Shown here piece after piece: positions 24,520 through 37,021 of a stretch of DNA of 64,000 bases. Location of the stretch: positions 58,032,001 through 58,096,000 of the forward strand of contig OZ241832.1 of NCBI GenBank assembly GCA_965202585.1, given 5' to 3'. Both the position numbers and the translations under genes were made by a program. This stretch comes from Thalia democratica. Its lineage: Eukaryota. A model generated the notes under the pieces. The model ran no database searches. It saw only the letters and a list, made by a program, of their open reading frames with translations, and had not been told where the DNA came from. Numbering within the stretch: position 1 is the first letter of the stretch; each line of letters begins with the position of its first letter.

Positions 24520-25666
24520 CTGAGTGTTGAAAAATAAATATTTTGAAAGTTTAGTTGCAGCACACATATGTTTTTAATATTTGTTGGTTGTGGGAACATT
24601 GAAAATCACTTTAACTAAAATTCAGGAAAAGATTTAAATACTTTTGTTAAAAAGTTAAAATAGTTTTGTTTTTTGATTGTTTGAACCTAGACAATAATTT
24701 AAGACAGATTCGTTGAGGATAGCAGGAATAGTCAGGGTGTTGAAAAATATTTTGAAATTTTAGTTGCAGTACACATAAGTTTTTTATATTTGTTGGTTGT
24801 GGGAACATTGAAAACCCCCTAAATTAAAACAATATAGTACTTTTGCATGAAATTTTCTAGTTTTTTTTTTTGACTGTATTAATCTAAACAATGATTTTAG
24901 ATTGATCGTTGAGAGTAGCAGGAATAGTATTGGTGTTTGGAAAAACTATTCATTTTAAAACGTTTTTTCAAGTACACTACTTTCTGGTATGTACAAGATA
25001 GATAAGTTATATTCGTTCTGCAAAATGTTCAAGAAATAAAAGTTTGTTTTCAAGGTGTTATGTATAAGTAATTTTGAAAAATTGTACACAGTATTCTAAC
25101 TTAAAAAACTGGAATAAATTAGTTATGTAAAACCAAGTTAGAAAGGAAAAGAAAAATTATTTTTTATAGCATAATTATTTGTTATAAGATGCTAAAACTT
25201 GTTCTTTCCTTATATCTATTTTGCTGCAATTATAATTTTAACAATAAACTAAATGTTACAGTTTAGCCTACTAGAACATGCAAGAAAATGTTTCTTTAGA
25301 ATATCTATGAAACATAGTTTTAAAATGAATATAACTATCATTTATACAAAACTGCTTTAAAATAATGACCTTGTTTTAAAAACTTGACAACACCAGAAAA
25401 AACTCAGCTTTTTTTGTGGTTAAAAACAAAAACATTTTTAGTACCAATTTTTTGATAACTGATCAAACCACCTTGTGTTTTTCAGTATATTCATGGCGTC
25501 AAGCAATTAACAGAAAGCAATAAATGCTTACTCTGCATATTTAATAATCCTAACCATTGTTTGACTTATTCAAACTTTAGATAATTTTAGATACTTACTT
25601 TGTTTTATATGACACAAATAATGCAACTAAACCTTAAGATTACATAAAAAAAACCTATAATGTTAC

Positions 25667-25890
25667 CTTGTGTTGTTGAGTATGTTGATGGCATCACTGT
25701 CACCTCCTTCATACAGCAGATATTGGGCCAGGTAGACGATGAGCTGCCTGCCAACCGTCTCATCACCATGCATGTTGCCTACCAACTTCACCTTTGGTTT
25801 CCATGGTGACTTGTTATTGACCTGATTGGTCAGTTCCAAGTAGATGAGTTTTCTGCCCTTGACAGATGTACCTATGTCTCCCACGCGTGC
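25667..25890 (-). CDS. CPD: CPD exon 2 (ARVGDIGTSVKGR...KLVGNMHGDETVGR...NNTR)
   Basis: Zinc ligands in the HGDE motif; acceptor cag, donor AG|gtaaca; 224 nt, phase 0 to 2. Confidence 0.95.
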
Positions 25891-26770
25891 CTGTGTTGGT
25901 TAAAAACAGTTTTTTGACAGGACAATTATTTTTTTTTGATAATTAAAAATATTATAATATAGTAAAATGATAACTTAAACAAAACAAACTTTTCAACTTG
26001 ATAAATAAATTCAGTATGTTGGATTGAAAGCAATTTTTTTTTGTTTTTAAATGCACAACACAAGTAAGACAAAAACTTCTGTATAAAATAAAATATGTAA
26101 GATTTATATTTGATTGTTAAATTTTTTGAAAATTACAATTTTAGTAGACTTTTTTTTAATACTTTGGAGCTAAGAATTAATTTAGGTGTTAGCCTAAAGT
26201 TTAATAATAAAAACAAACTTGCTGAAAAAAAAAAACTTTGTTTACATTTTAATGTAGTTTCCACCCTTTTGAACACTAATATATTTTTTTCAATTTACAA
26301 TTGTAGTATCAAAAATGTCTTTTCAAAAATTTTAACCCTATGAAGTTAACTTAAGTGAAACACAACTGTATAAGAATCATAAAAAATCAAATTGATATAC
26401 TGCAAAGAATTTTTTTACTTTTTGAAATAAATTATAAAACAAACTCCAAGTCAAAAATCATATTTTAAAAATGAATTGGTTGTACAAGGAAACTAAAGAT
26501 AACAAAATTCAACTTGTAAAAAATTTGTTTGAATATTTTTAATGAAAACTTGACAACATTTTTATTGTAGAGTGTTTAAATTTAATTTGGTAAATATTAC
26601 CTAACCAAAATAACTGTTATCAAACCTCCTTTAAAACAATCATGTATTTTAAATAAAGTACTAAACAGCTTATGAGTGATAAAATGTTAAAACAGTTCTA
26701 AATTTTACTCAAACTTAAACTAAATTTCAAACTTTAGATAATCAAAAAATATAATTATCATTTATATTAC

Positions 26771-26917
26771 CTTATCAGGATAGTCTTTTGCAAGCTGGTT
26801 AAACAAATTTTCAAGGTCTTCTTGGTGGTGGTAGCTGCCAAAACTTATAGTGGGCTTTCTTACTGAAAGTGACAAACTTTGACCAGCCAAAAGCAAAACT
26901 GCCAACCACTTTATCAT
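26771..26917 (-). CDS. CPD: Carboxypeptidase D exon 1 (signal peptide MIKWLAVLLLAGQSLS...GSYHHQEDLENLFNQLAKDYPDK)
   Basis: Hydrophobic signal peptide followed by the M14B YH..L motif; donor AAG|gtaata, phase 0. An in-frame upstream ATG at 26947 is an alternative start. Confidence 0.85.
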
Positions 26918-28065
26918 TTTATATTTTTCTACTAAAATGCACATCAATGTTGTTGAGTCCTTATTGCATTTTCTTGTATATTTTCAGAGTGACATATAAA
27001 TAAAAAGTGCTAAAAACATATTTGTTGATTACTACATTTATTGCAGTAATATTATGTAGTCAGAAAAGCAGGGAAAAGCTAAAATAAATACTTAGCTTCA
27101 AACTGATTGACAGCACTTGTACTTGCTTTGGCAGTACATATACTAAAAAATTGGAATATGTGAGATGTGTAGCTTTTTCTAATAACCTTAAAAAGTGCAC
27201 TTCAAAAAGTTTTAAAATTTTTGTGTAAAAAATGTGATAAATTACTTCAATCACATGCATTTTTCAAACTAAAAATGTTTATTCAACTTTTTATAAAAAT
27301 GATTGTTTTACTTGCAAAATAAAACAAAAAATATCATTAAATCACACCATTTTTTTCCATTATCCTTAAAATAAGGTTTAAACATAAAAAATAAATTTTT
27401 AATTAATCTTTATTTTTCATAAACATCCAATTTTTTTCTTCAGCTTTCTAAGTAACTAATATTAAATTACACCTTAGTGGTTGAACAACTTCTTTGTTCT
27501 GAACAAAAGTTTTAAAGTTAGTAGTAAATATTTACTAATTGAATTTTTCTAAAACAAAGTCTTTAGCGGCAGCTAGAGTATAAACTTTACTCAAAATGTA
27601 AAGTTTTTTCAATTTAAATTCTCTTACAAGTAAACATCAAGTTTAAAGCTATTAACTTACGTTTTTTTAACTTTAGTTTGTTAATTAATGGTTTAAATTC
27701 AAGTTCTCTTGTAATAACAATTAGTTTTTGTAAATAATTTTCTAACTTTAAAAAAAAAACTGATCATACTTTCTTTTTACACTTCAAAAGTATTTTTAAA
27801 AGTATTTGAATTCGTTAAATAGTAAATCGAGTAAATTAATAATAAAAGCTTTGACAAATAATGTTATATATATTCAAATGTTACCATATAGCATAAAATA
27901 TTACTTTAAAATTATAATTTCTTATATCAAATAAAGTACATAAGAAAAATAGCCACGAAAAAAGGTTTGCAAATTTTATTACAAGCAACAGAGTACATTA
28001 GTGACTTTTTATTATAAGACATTTAAACTTGCTTGTTTTTATTAGTTCCTTTTTTACTGAATAGT

Positions 28066-28135
28066 TGCGGGGCAGAATCTTATGCTTGGCAGGCCACATT
28101 TGTCAGTCACGTGTACCGCAGTTTACCGACCCCTG
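28066..28135 (-). mobile_element. hAT-like terminal fragment upstream of CPD
   Basis: Reverse complement begins CAGGGGTCGGTAAACT, a hAT-type terminus; no partner end found. Confidence 0.4.
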
Positions 28136-28920
28136 AGTTAAATAAAACTATGCTTAATAAGTTGTAAAAATCGTAAACTAAACGAAAATTAAAAAATTAC
28201 TTTTTCATCCCTTACAATTTTAGCATACTTTGATATAAGATCAAAGAAAAATAAAACTAATAAATCAGTAAGTAAAATCTAACAGCTTCTAAAATTTTGT
28301 TTATTAGAATTCTTGCTATACTATATTTCTCTTAGTATATGCTTTTTAGGCTTTTGACATTAAAACTAGAATAGTTTACTTCCATTACTTCAAACATTGA
28401 CAAGTAAACTTAAAAATCAGGTTATGAGCTCAAACTCAAACAAACAAAATGAGAATAAGATCACAAAAATTATTACTAAATAAAAGGGTTTAGTTAAAGT
28501 TTTGCTTATGTTTGCATAAAAAGTTAAAAAAAATCTTTTAAAAAAATTATGACCTTTTTTTCATATTAATTTTATAAAATAAGGTTCGTAAACATTAAAA
28601 ACCAGAAAAAATGTATGTATAGTAATAATTTAAATTAATCTTGATTTTTGTCACTAACCTATACTAAGCAAAATTTAGTTTAGTTACATGGCATTTCAAA
28701 CTATGGCATTTCAAATTCTTAAAAAAATTAAAAAACTTTACTTGAAAAAGTAATAATGTTTAAAAAAAATTTAAAAAGTATCTTATTTATAAATCTAATT
28801 ACTAAAGTTATGATAATAAAAAACAAAAAAAAAGAATAAATCAAAAACTTCTTGTCTTTAAATCTTTTTTAATTTAAAATCTTTAAAAAACTTGTAAAAG
28901 CCATATCTATAAAAATATTT

Positions 28921-29148
28921 AAAGTTGTTTTGTAAGTACTAATTAGACCTAAATAATCAATTATTACTATTTTTAGAACTCATATCCCTTTTTTGTTGCT
29001 TTTTTTGTCTTTAAACATATTTTTAATTGTACGAAAGTTGTTTTGTAAGTACTAATTAGACCTAAATAATCAATCATTTTTACTATTTTTAGAACTCATA
29101 TTCCTTTTTTGTTGCTTTTTGTCTTTAAACATATTTTTAATTGTACGA
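28921..29148 (+). repeat. Direct tandem duplication, ~114-bp unit x2
   Basis: 28921-29033 and 29034-29148 are near identical. Confidence 0.9.
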
Positions 29149-30962
29149 ATTTAAATAGCCGGGCCCGTGTAACTACTTAACATTTACCACTTAACTTACC
29201 ATTTCTTTTGTATAGAAAAGGTTTCACGTGTAAAAGTATGTTTAACATTTCAACAAATATGTTTTGCTAAAAAAATACAAATGTTATAAACTTTAAGCAA
29301 CTTAAAATTCTAATGCTAACGAAATGTTAATAACTGGGTTAAGCATTTATTTTTAACTGTTCTTTTTTTGATAAGTGTTTACAATCATTATTTTGATGTT
29401 AAGATAAGAATATACTTTGTAATAACTTAGTTATTTAAAAATGTTTATAATATTGTATACGACTTTCAAAATTACAACTTTAAAATATAGTTATTATCAA
29501 ACTGAATTTATTTTAATCTATTTGATTTTAACAAAAGTTTTATTAGTTAAAAAACAATAGTACAATTGAAACACAACCGGAAATAAATGTTTTTAAAATT
29601 ATAATCGAGATGTTACTCATACTACGTGTACTAGAGAAAAGTAATAAAAATAAGGTAATACTTTTGAATTTCTCTATTAGTGAAAGTAAGCTTTCGATCA
29701 AGTGGTTTTGATATTTAAGCTAATGTGTACTTAATTTTATAAATAAATCAAACGAGGAGTTTCGTTTTAATAATATATTTTTGTTTAAAAAAAAAAAAAG
29801 TTTTGCATTTTAGTTAACTGAAAAAAGTGACATAGTGCTGTAATAATTTTTTAGAATTTGTTGATTTAAAGTAAACTAATTATTTTAGTTAAAAGTGTAT
29901 TCAATTTAACTAGAAATTATAAACATTAATAAAAAAGACTTTTAGCAGTTTAAAGAGTGCTTTATTATGTATAAGAAATGTATTCACTAATTTTGTACTT
30001 GATTAACCAAAAAAAATGTATATTTAAAGTATTTAGGTTTGTCTATTTCAAATATAATAATATAGTTTTATGTCAAACCAACTTTAATTATTTGTTATTT
30101 GATAGCACAGTTGGATAAAATGTTTAAAAGTTAGTTAAATCCGTCTTTTTAAGCAGAAATCTTTATTGCTAGATTTTTTAGCTCGAAAACAACTTGGGTA
30201 AAATAAATCAATAATTTTTTTCATAATATATCCTTACAAACGTGATAATTAATAAATTAAAGCGGGGTTTATCAAAGTGGCCAAACATTTTCTTTTAAGG
30301 GCAAGTGGAAAGGAAGTAACGGTTGTATTAAATGAATGTATTTTCTTATAGGTAATTTTTATGTTTATATATTAAGAATTCATTTAACGAACTTATTAAG
30401 AAAAAAACTGAAAAATATATAATTAAAAGAATTTAATCTAATCCATACAAATTTAATTTCTACGTTTTAATTGTAAAACTTAATTGTAATATGTTATGTA
30501 TTTATGTTTTTTATAAAAATGCTTTCTTAGTAAAATTAAGACAAAATTATTTAACTAGATTTAAAATGTTATGTATTTAAATATTTTTTTTTAACTAATT
30601 TTAATTATTAGTTAACGGTATTCTCTTGACACTAATAACACAAGGTTATTCATGATAAGAATCTATCAAAAACTTACAGTTTATACAGTTTAAGTAAAAT
30701 AAAATTAGTTAATTAAAGTATTTAATTTGAGATTATTAATTAAAAACCTGTATACAAAGTAGTTGTTACTAACTATGATTTTCCAGTACTTGTTTTCAGA
30801 GGTAAGTTGAAAACTTATATTTATTTACCAGCCAAATTTATATTATGTTGAGAATTTTATTTATCAATCTAGTTATCACGTGGGAAGTGATAATTAGTAT
30901 GTAAAAAACTGTTTTATCTTTTACAAGTTGTAACACTAAAATGTCTTATTTATAGAAAAATA

Positions 30963-32030
30963 ATGTCTTATAACGAACCATTAGAAAATGGTGAACAAGA
31001 AACAGCTCGACCAATGACAAGTGAGATAAATAGAACAAATTTTATGAAAAACAACCAGCAGAACGAAGTTCCACCACCAACTTACGAGCAGTCTTTTCAA
31101 GACCCCAGTGGATTTTACCCAAGTAATACCAACATTGGATATGGTTTGTATCCAAGTCATACCAACATTGGAAATGGTTTGTACCCAAGTGGTACCAACA
31201 CTGGAAATGGTTTGTATCCAAGTAGTATAAGTGAAAGAAACAGTTTAAATTTTAACGAAATCCGCAGTAAACCTAGGTCGCATTTGAATACAGATGAGAA
31301 TAATTTGCGTTCTAACGATACTGCTTTTAATTTAGATTCTACGACTAGTAGTATAAAAATCGATGATAATTTAAACGTGAATTTAAAAAGTGCTTTAAAA
31401 AGTTTACAATCAAATCTAAATAATGATCCCAGTCTATTGAATGCTTTAAATAGTTTACAGTCAAACTTAGATAGTGATACAAATGGCTTACAGACAAATC
31501 TATCGAAAGCTTTAAATAGTTTACAATCGAATCTAAATAATGATCCAAGTTTATTAGATGCTTTAAATAGTTTAAATTCAAGTGTGATAGGCAACACAAG
31601 TGGTTTACAACCGAATCTAATTAATGCTTTAAACACTTTACAGCTGAATTTAATGAATGATTCAAATGGTCTGCTTTCAAATCTAAACAAAACTGCAATT
31701 AGTCTGCATTCTAATCTCATAGATGATTCAAACGGCTCACAAACAAATCTAGTAAATGTCTTAAACAGTTTACAGTCGAACGATACTACTACTAGAAATT
31801 TTTTAAATTTGAACCATACCAATACTACAAATGGTTTCAACTTTAATGAACCTAATACTCGTAATGGTTCCTATTCAAATGAAAACAATACTGGAATTGG
31901 TTTTAACTCCACTGCATTTCATAATCGAAGCAGAAGTAGAAATCGGGCTAATAGATGCAATTGTATATTTGGTTTGGTTTTAATTTTTGTATTTATTCTA
32001 GTTGTTGTGGTTGTAGTCATAACTAAATAA
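30963..32030 (+). CDS. Uncharacterised N/S/L-rich 355-aa protein with a PPxY motif, internal repeats and a C-terminal transmembrane tail
   Basis: 1068-nt open frame in ~80% AT DNA; PPPTY at the N-terminus; ends in a basic stretch, CNC and ~20 hydrophobic residues. Possible 5'-UTR intron (gtaagt at 30802, tag at 30955). Confidence 0.75.
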   Translation: MSYNEPLENGEQETARPMTSEINRTNFMKNNQQNEVPPPTYEQSFQDPSGFYPSNTNIGYGLYPSHTNIGNGLYPSGTNTGNGLYPSSISERNSLNFNEIRSKPRSHLNTDENNLRSNDTAFNLDSTTSSIKIDDNLNVNLKSALKSLQSNLNNDPSLLNALNSLQSNLDSDTNGLQTNLSKALNSLQSNLNNDPSLLDALNSLNSSVIGNTSGLQPNLINALNTLQLNLMNDSNGLLSNLNKTAISLHSNLIDDSNGSQTNLVNVLNSLQSNDTTTRNFLNLNHTNTTNGFNFNEPNTRNGSYSNENNTGIGFNSTAFHNRSRSRNRANRCNCIFGLVLIFVFILVVVVVVITK

Positions 32031-34839
32031 GTAAAACTTTGCTAAATGCTAATTTTTTTCAAAACAATACTAAAAAATGTACAAAGTAATAATTAAATTC
32101 GTATCTAAATCGTTTCAAAATAGTCACTACTCAAAACTTAAAGTGTTTTTGAGTTGATAATCAATGCAAGTAAAAAAAGTTATTTATTTACAAAAAAAAA
32201 GTTTTTAGTTAAAGGAAGACTAAATAAAGGCTAAAAAGTATCGTGGACATGAAAAAAATTAGAAACTGATATTTTTAATTATAATATAACTGTGTAAGAA
32301 AATATTTTTGTAGCTCGCTTTTTATACTACTAATTTTGATAATAAAACTGTGTTACATCTTATAAATTTATAGCTTAAAGTACTTTCTTAAAAACTAATA
32401 TTTTATAAGGAGTTGTTTGTTAAACACGCTTTTGTAAGTTAAAGAACTTGAGTTTTAAAAACAGCATTATAAACAAAATCAAGTACTTAAAGATAACAAA
32501 TGCATCTTTTTTATATACCTACAATTTCAATGTTTTGTAAATAACTTTTATAGATCTTTAAACCGATAATTTATCTTTTCTTTTGGTAAGTTTTTTTTCA
32601 AGGGATCACACTTTTTCTTATCAAATGTGTTGTGATATGTCATAAAAAGGTTCTCGGTTTTAAATATACTTCTAAAATTTATAACTTGGTTTTATGAACA
32701 CTATTTTTTAAAGTTTTAACAAAAGAAACAGCAGAGGAATAAATATTTTAAGATTTTATACTTTTTTAAAAAGTTACAAGCATCTGTATAATGTATAAAA
32801 AAGTTTTTTATTCTTTTACTTATAATAAGATTATTTGTTCTGTATCAGATTACTGTCCGAATATTTGTTATCTGTACGTTGAAACTTATAAGATTTAACT
32901 TATAAAAAACCAAACGTAGTAAACTAATAAGTGAATGATTGATATAACACCAAATATATTAAAAAAAAAAACGACTTTATTCGAATTAAAAACAGTAATT
33001 TAAAAAACAAAGTAAGGTAAAAATAAACTTTTTTGTTGATTTTTTTTTGTTATATTTGCTATTATAAGAACGATTTCTTTAAAAACTTTGACGTTTACTT
33101 ATCAATAAAAATACAATAAGTATTGTACTAAATTTTTTATTTAGACTTTCTAATTATGAAGAAAATTTACAAAAAAAAATTATAACTAAGAAACGCTGTT
33201 TACTTTTTATAAAGTTAGTTTTAAATGAGATGCTACTTGTTTTAGAAACTTTCTGAAAAATTAAGAAAAACTTACATAGACTTTATTTCAAAGATACTTT
33301 TCTACAAATCATAAGTCATTTATATATTTATTTTTTTTGGTTAATATTTTTTTTATTTGTTCCTAACTTGCATCATTAATTTCAAATTAATTATTGACTC
33401 CATATAACAGTCCTTGAAGATGTTACATTACTTTTTATATTCTGATGCCTACTAAGATATTTTTTACAAAAAAAAAGTGTACTTTAACTTGATAAAGCTT
33501 TCAAATACTTTTAAGTTCAAGAAGAGTTAAACAGCATCTTAATTGTTTTTGGTTTTGTAACGTAGTTTTCCTCACGGTAATTGAAAACTGTGCAAACTTA
33601 ATGAAAAAAAAATCTTCACCCAAAGTTCGAAATTTCCTAAAAAAATGTGACTATTTTCGAAATTAACTAAAACATTTAGTGTAAGTTTAAAAATTTCGCT
33701 TAAAAGTTCCTAAAATATTTTTTATTTTTGCTAATCATAGACCCGTTATACTGTGCTAGTTTCAAAACCCTCGTAAATATTTTTTTTTGTTTTTTGCTTT
33801 TCATTTTAATCCCGGAATATTAGTGAAAGTTTCAGAGTAGTTCCGTTCACCCCTAGATTAGTTTCTTGTACCCTGAAGTTCTTGTGCACACTAGTGTGCA
33901 TAGGTGATATTCGTTAAGACCACTCCTTTAAGTTATCACCAAGACGATTAAACGCACCATCTCTAAATTGAATGACCCAGCTATACAAGGACCAAAGTGG
34001 CCTGCTTTTTCGAGATTATTATACTTTGATAAAGATCCAAAAGTATTTGAACATAATGTGAGAAACACAGTCAACAAAAAATTTAAAATGGTTTAACTTG
34101 AATTTTTTATGCCACAAAAATACATTAAATTATATTTGTACAGATATCACCACCAATGTGAAAGTGTGTATATCGGACGAACATGTCAACAAAAGAAAAA
34201 CCAATGTATTTGTAAAGCAGTAAAAATTTAATGGCTACTGGTTTTAATAAGCCCTTAAAAAGCAACTTAAAGTTGCAGAACATTTACTTAAGAGCTTTAC
34301 ATTGTCAGTTTTGATGCCTTTAGTGCGACCGTAGTTGAGCTTGAGACCACTTGATCTGGCCGATAAATAGTTTATTGTGGTGAAGACGAAACTGGCTGTT
34401 GCTTGTATTTTTATTGACGATGGAAAAGCGTCTCAATAATTTGTTAGTTAGTAGAATGCGATAAAGAAATTGAAATATTAGTGTAGAACTTTTCAATTCA
34501 TTGAACGAAAAAGAAAAGCGCTCAAAAATTTTGGTTTAAGTACTTTGTGTACGAAAAAACCTTTTAGTTATCGAGTCATACACTACGGTTACAGTTCAAT
34601 GTTTTGTCCAGAACTAGACAAAAGGCGACAAGTTTTTACTGCCTAAGTGCTTTATAACTTACAAGACAAAGTAACTCACTTTAGAAACATTTATAAAGCC
34701 TGTTTAGTTAACATATAATTCAACTAAACTTTATTTAATTACATCAAAAAAAGGGTATAGGTATAGAAAAATAAATATTGTCGTGGACAATGACGATTAA
34801 CTGTTTCCAAGTGGTCTACTACTCCATAAACGAAAGGTT

Positions 34840-34920
34840 TCTTCGTACACCAAGTCCTCAGGCTCAGACCTAACTTTTTGAGCGGTTTTTTATCGTTCAA
34901 AGACAATAAGATTAGAATTA
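34840..34920 (+). repeat. Short dispersed repeat, related copies at ~35520-35580 and ~50580-50650
   Basis: gtacaccaggtcctcaggc...tttgagcg...cgttcaataaaca core found three times. Confidence 0.5.
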
Positions 34921-35609
34921 GAAATACTCATACTAGACGTTTGTATTCAATTTAAATGATTTTTTCAAATTAAATAAAGGCCTCAACTATAGTTTGTCAT
35001 AGTTAAAACAATTTGTTAATTTGGTTTGTATTATCTGTCAAAGTTTTTAAGCATTTTTAAAACTTAACCTTTTGTAAATACTAGCTAGTGTGAAAACTGA
35101 ACATCAAAAAAAAACATTTTCATATTCAATTCTTAAAATTTAACAATAGTAAAATAAAGAAATGTATTTTAATAACTTGTTATATTCATTCATAAAATTC
35201 ATTGAATAATGAAATTGAATTAACAAACCACTAGAAAAATATGAATTTCTTAGTTTTTAACCAAGCAAAGTTTTGTGAGTTATAAGTAAACAGATAAAAA
35301 TTAAATTGTGTTAGTTAGGTTACACTTAGTTTTAAGATAAAGAATTTGTTTAATACCAATAAGTTTATACATACTTATGTATAAACTTATTCATTTGAGC
35401 CCCATTGCAAAAAGTCTTGGTTAAATTTGTAAATATAAACTTTTCTTAGTTTAAATGGTATAGACCTGAACAAGACTATAAAAGGTATCCAAGTGGTCAC
35501 TCAACAACTAAAATGTTTTTTTGTGCACCAGGTTTTTGGACCAAATATTTTAAAAGCTTTTTCATTATTGTTCAATAAACAGTATATATGGCTATTGTAG
35601 TAATTTTAA

Positions 35610-36299
35610 GACCATATGGGAGTCCAACACTTTTTTTACAAAAATTTTTTTTTGCTTTTATATGATTTGTTTAAGTAACAACTACAAGCCAGTTTCTATA
35701 GAATTCAAAAACTTCATTTAACTTTTGAAATAATTAATTTTTTGTAAAAAGTTTCCAATACAGACTATTGATATTGCAAATTTTTTGGGGTCAATTTTCT
35801 TGGAAATTTTAAAAATCACTAAAAATCTATCTCATCCTTCATTTTTCAAGCAATCTTATTCAAATTTTCTTTGTGGAAATGTTTCTGATATTTATTAAAA
35901 GAAAAAAACATTTCTTATGAGTTAGAAATTAATTGTAAATTAGAAAAAAAAAAATTATGAAAAAATTAAAAAGAAGTATTTTTTCAGAAAATATATATTT
36001 TTACTTAAAAAATTCTTGCATTCAAAAATAAAGTTTTTTCCTTACAGTATAAATATAACACTGTGAAAGTTTGAAGAAGATTGCTTGAAAAATGTAGGAG
36101 GAGATAGATTTTAAATAAAATAGTCTTTTTTTGATGTTTTAGTTTCCCTTCCCATAGGGATCCTATTATGCGACCCGACTTTGACTGGTCACATATAAAA
36201 AATAATTGAATTTTTTGAAACCATATAAAGCATCCTGAAGCTTAGAAAAAACTATAGAATAAGATCAATTTTTAAAAATATGGCTAACCCTCTATGGCT
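35610..36299. mobile_element. Possible Kolobok-like non-autonomous element
   Basis: TTAA on both flanks with weak inverted ends (gaccatatggg vs agccatagaggg). Confidence 0.35.
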
Positions 36300-37021
36300 T
36301 TAATGTTAAATTTTAATACTTATTTTAATGTTACAAGGTTTTTTCAACTATGACTGATACAGTGTGGGAATGGGTTAAATATCTAGACAATTTTACACAA
36401 AAATTAAATTTTGCTTGATGACAACTATTGCTAATTTTTACTAAGAATAACAATAACAGTGAGTATGTAATGCTAAATTATTTATTTATATCTTTTGTAA
36501 TTTTTTACAGTTACAATAACTAAAAGAGGCAGCAGTTGTTCAACTAAACTTGCAATTTTTTCATGATTTTAAAGATGTCTAGAGAAAGTTAACCTGGCAT
36601 TATGTTTAAATGAAACTAAAGATGCATAAAAATAACACATTAAAAAAAGTTAATTATATTGTAATCTATAATATTTTATTCTATTAAATCTTTGACACAT
36701 ATGAATAACGATATTTGTTTTTTTTATAACTCAATTTAAGTAATTCTTATACTAAGTATTTCTTTATAGTGTTATATTTTTTAATTATCAGTTTCTTATG
36801 TTTAAATGATTTAATTACCATACATGATAAATCTAAGCAAATTAATTTATATTAGAGTACATCTTTTCTTTAAACATCAGTCTCAAACTCTACATCTTGC
36901 AACAATAAACCTTTTCTGACAAAAAGCAAGGGTGTTACATCATGTGTAATTTTACCTGCCCCAATGATAATTAACTTTTATTTATCCAAAAGTTAAATAA
37001 ACAAAAAACTATCTTTTAAAT

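Noticed and set aside
31157-31840. 227-aa and 84-aa minus-strand ORFs
   Set aside because: Antisense shadows of the repetitive 355-aa ORF; no independent features.
33885-33900. 16-bp palindrome tgcacactagtgtgca within a GC-richer patch (33800-34700)
   Set aside because: Single occurrence; hand translation of parts of the surrounding patch gave no recognisable protein; probably an old transposon remnant.
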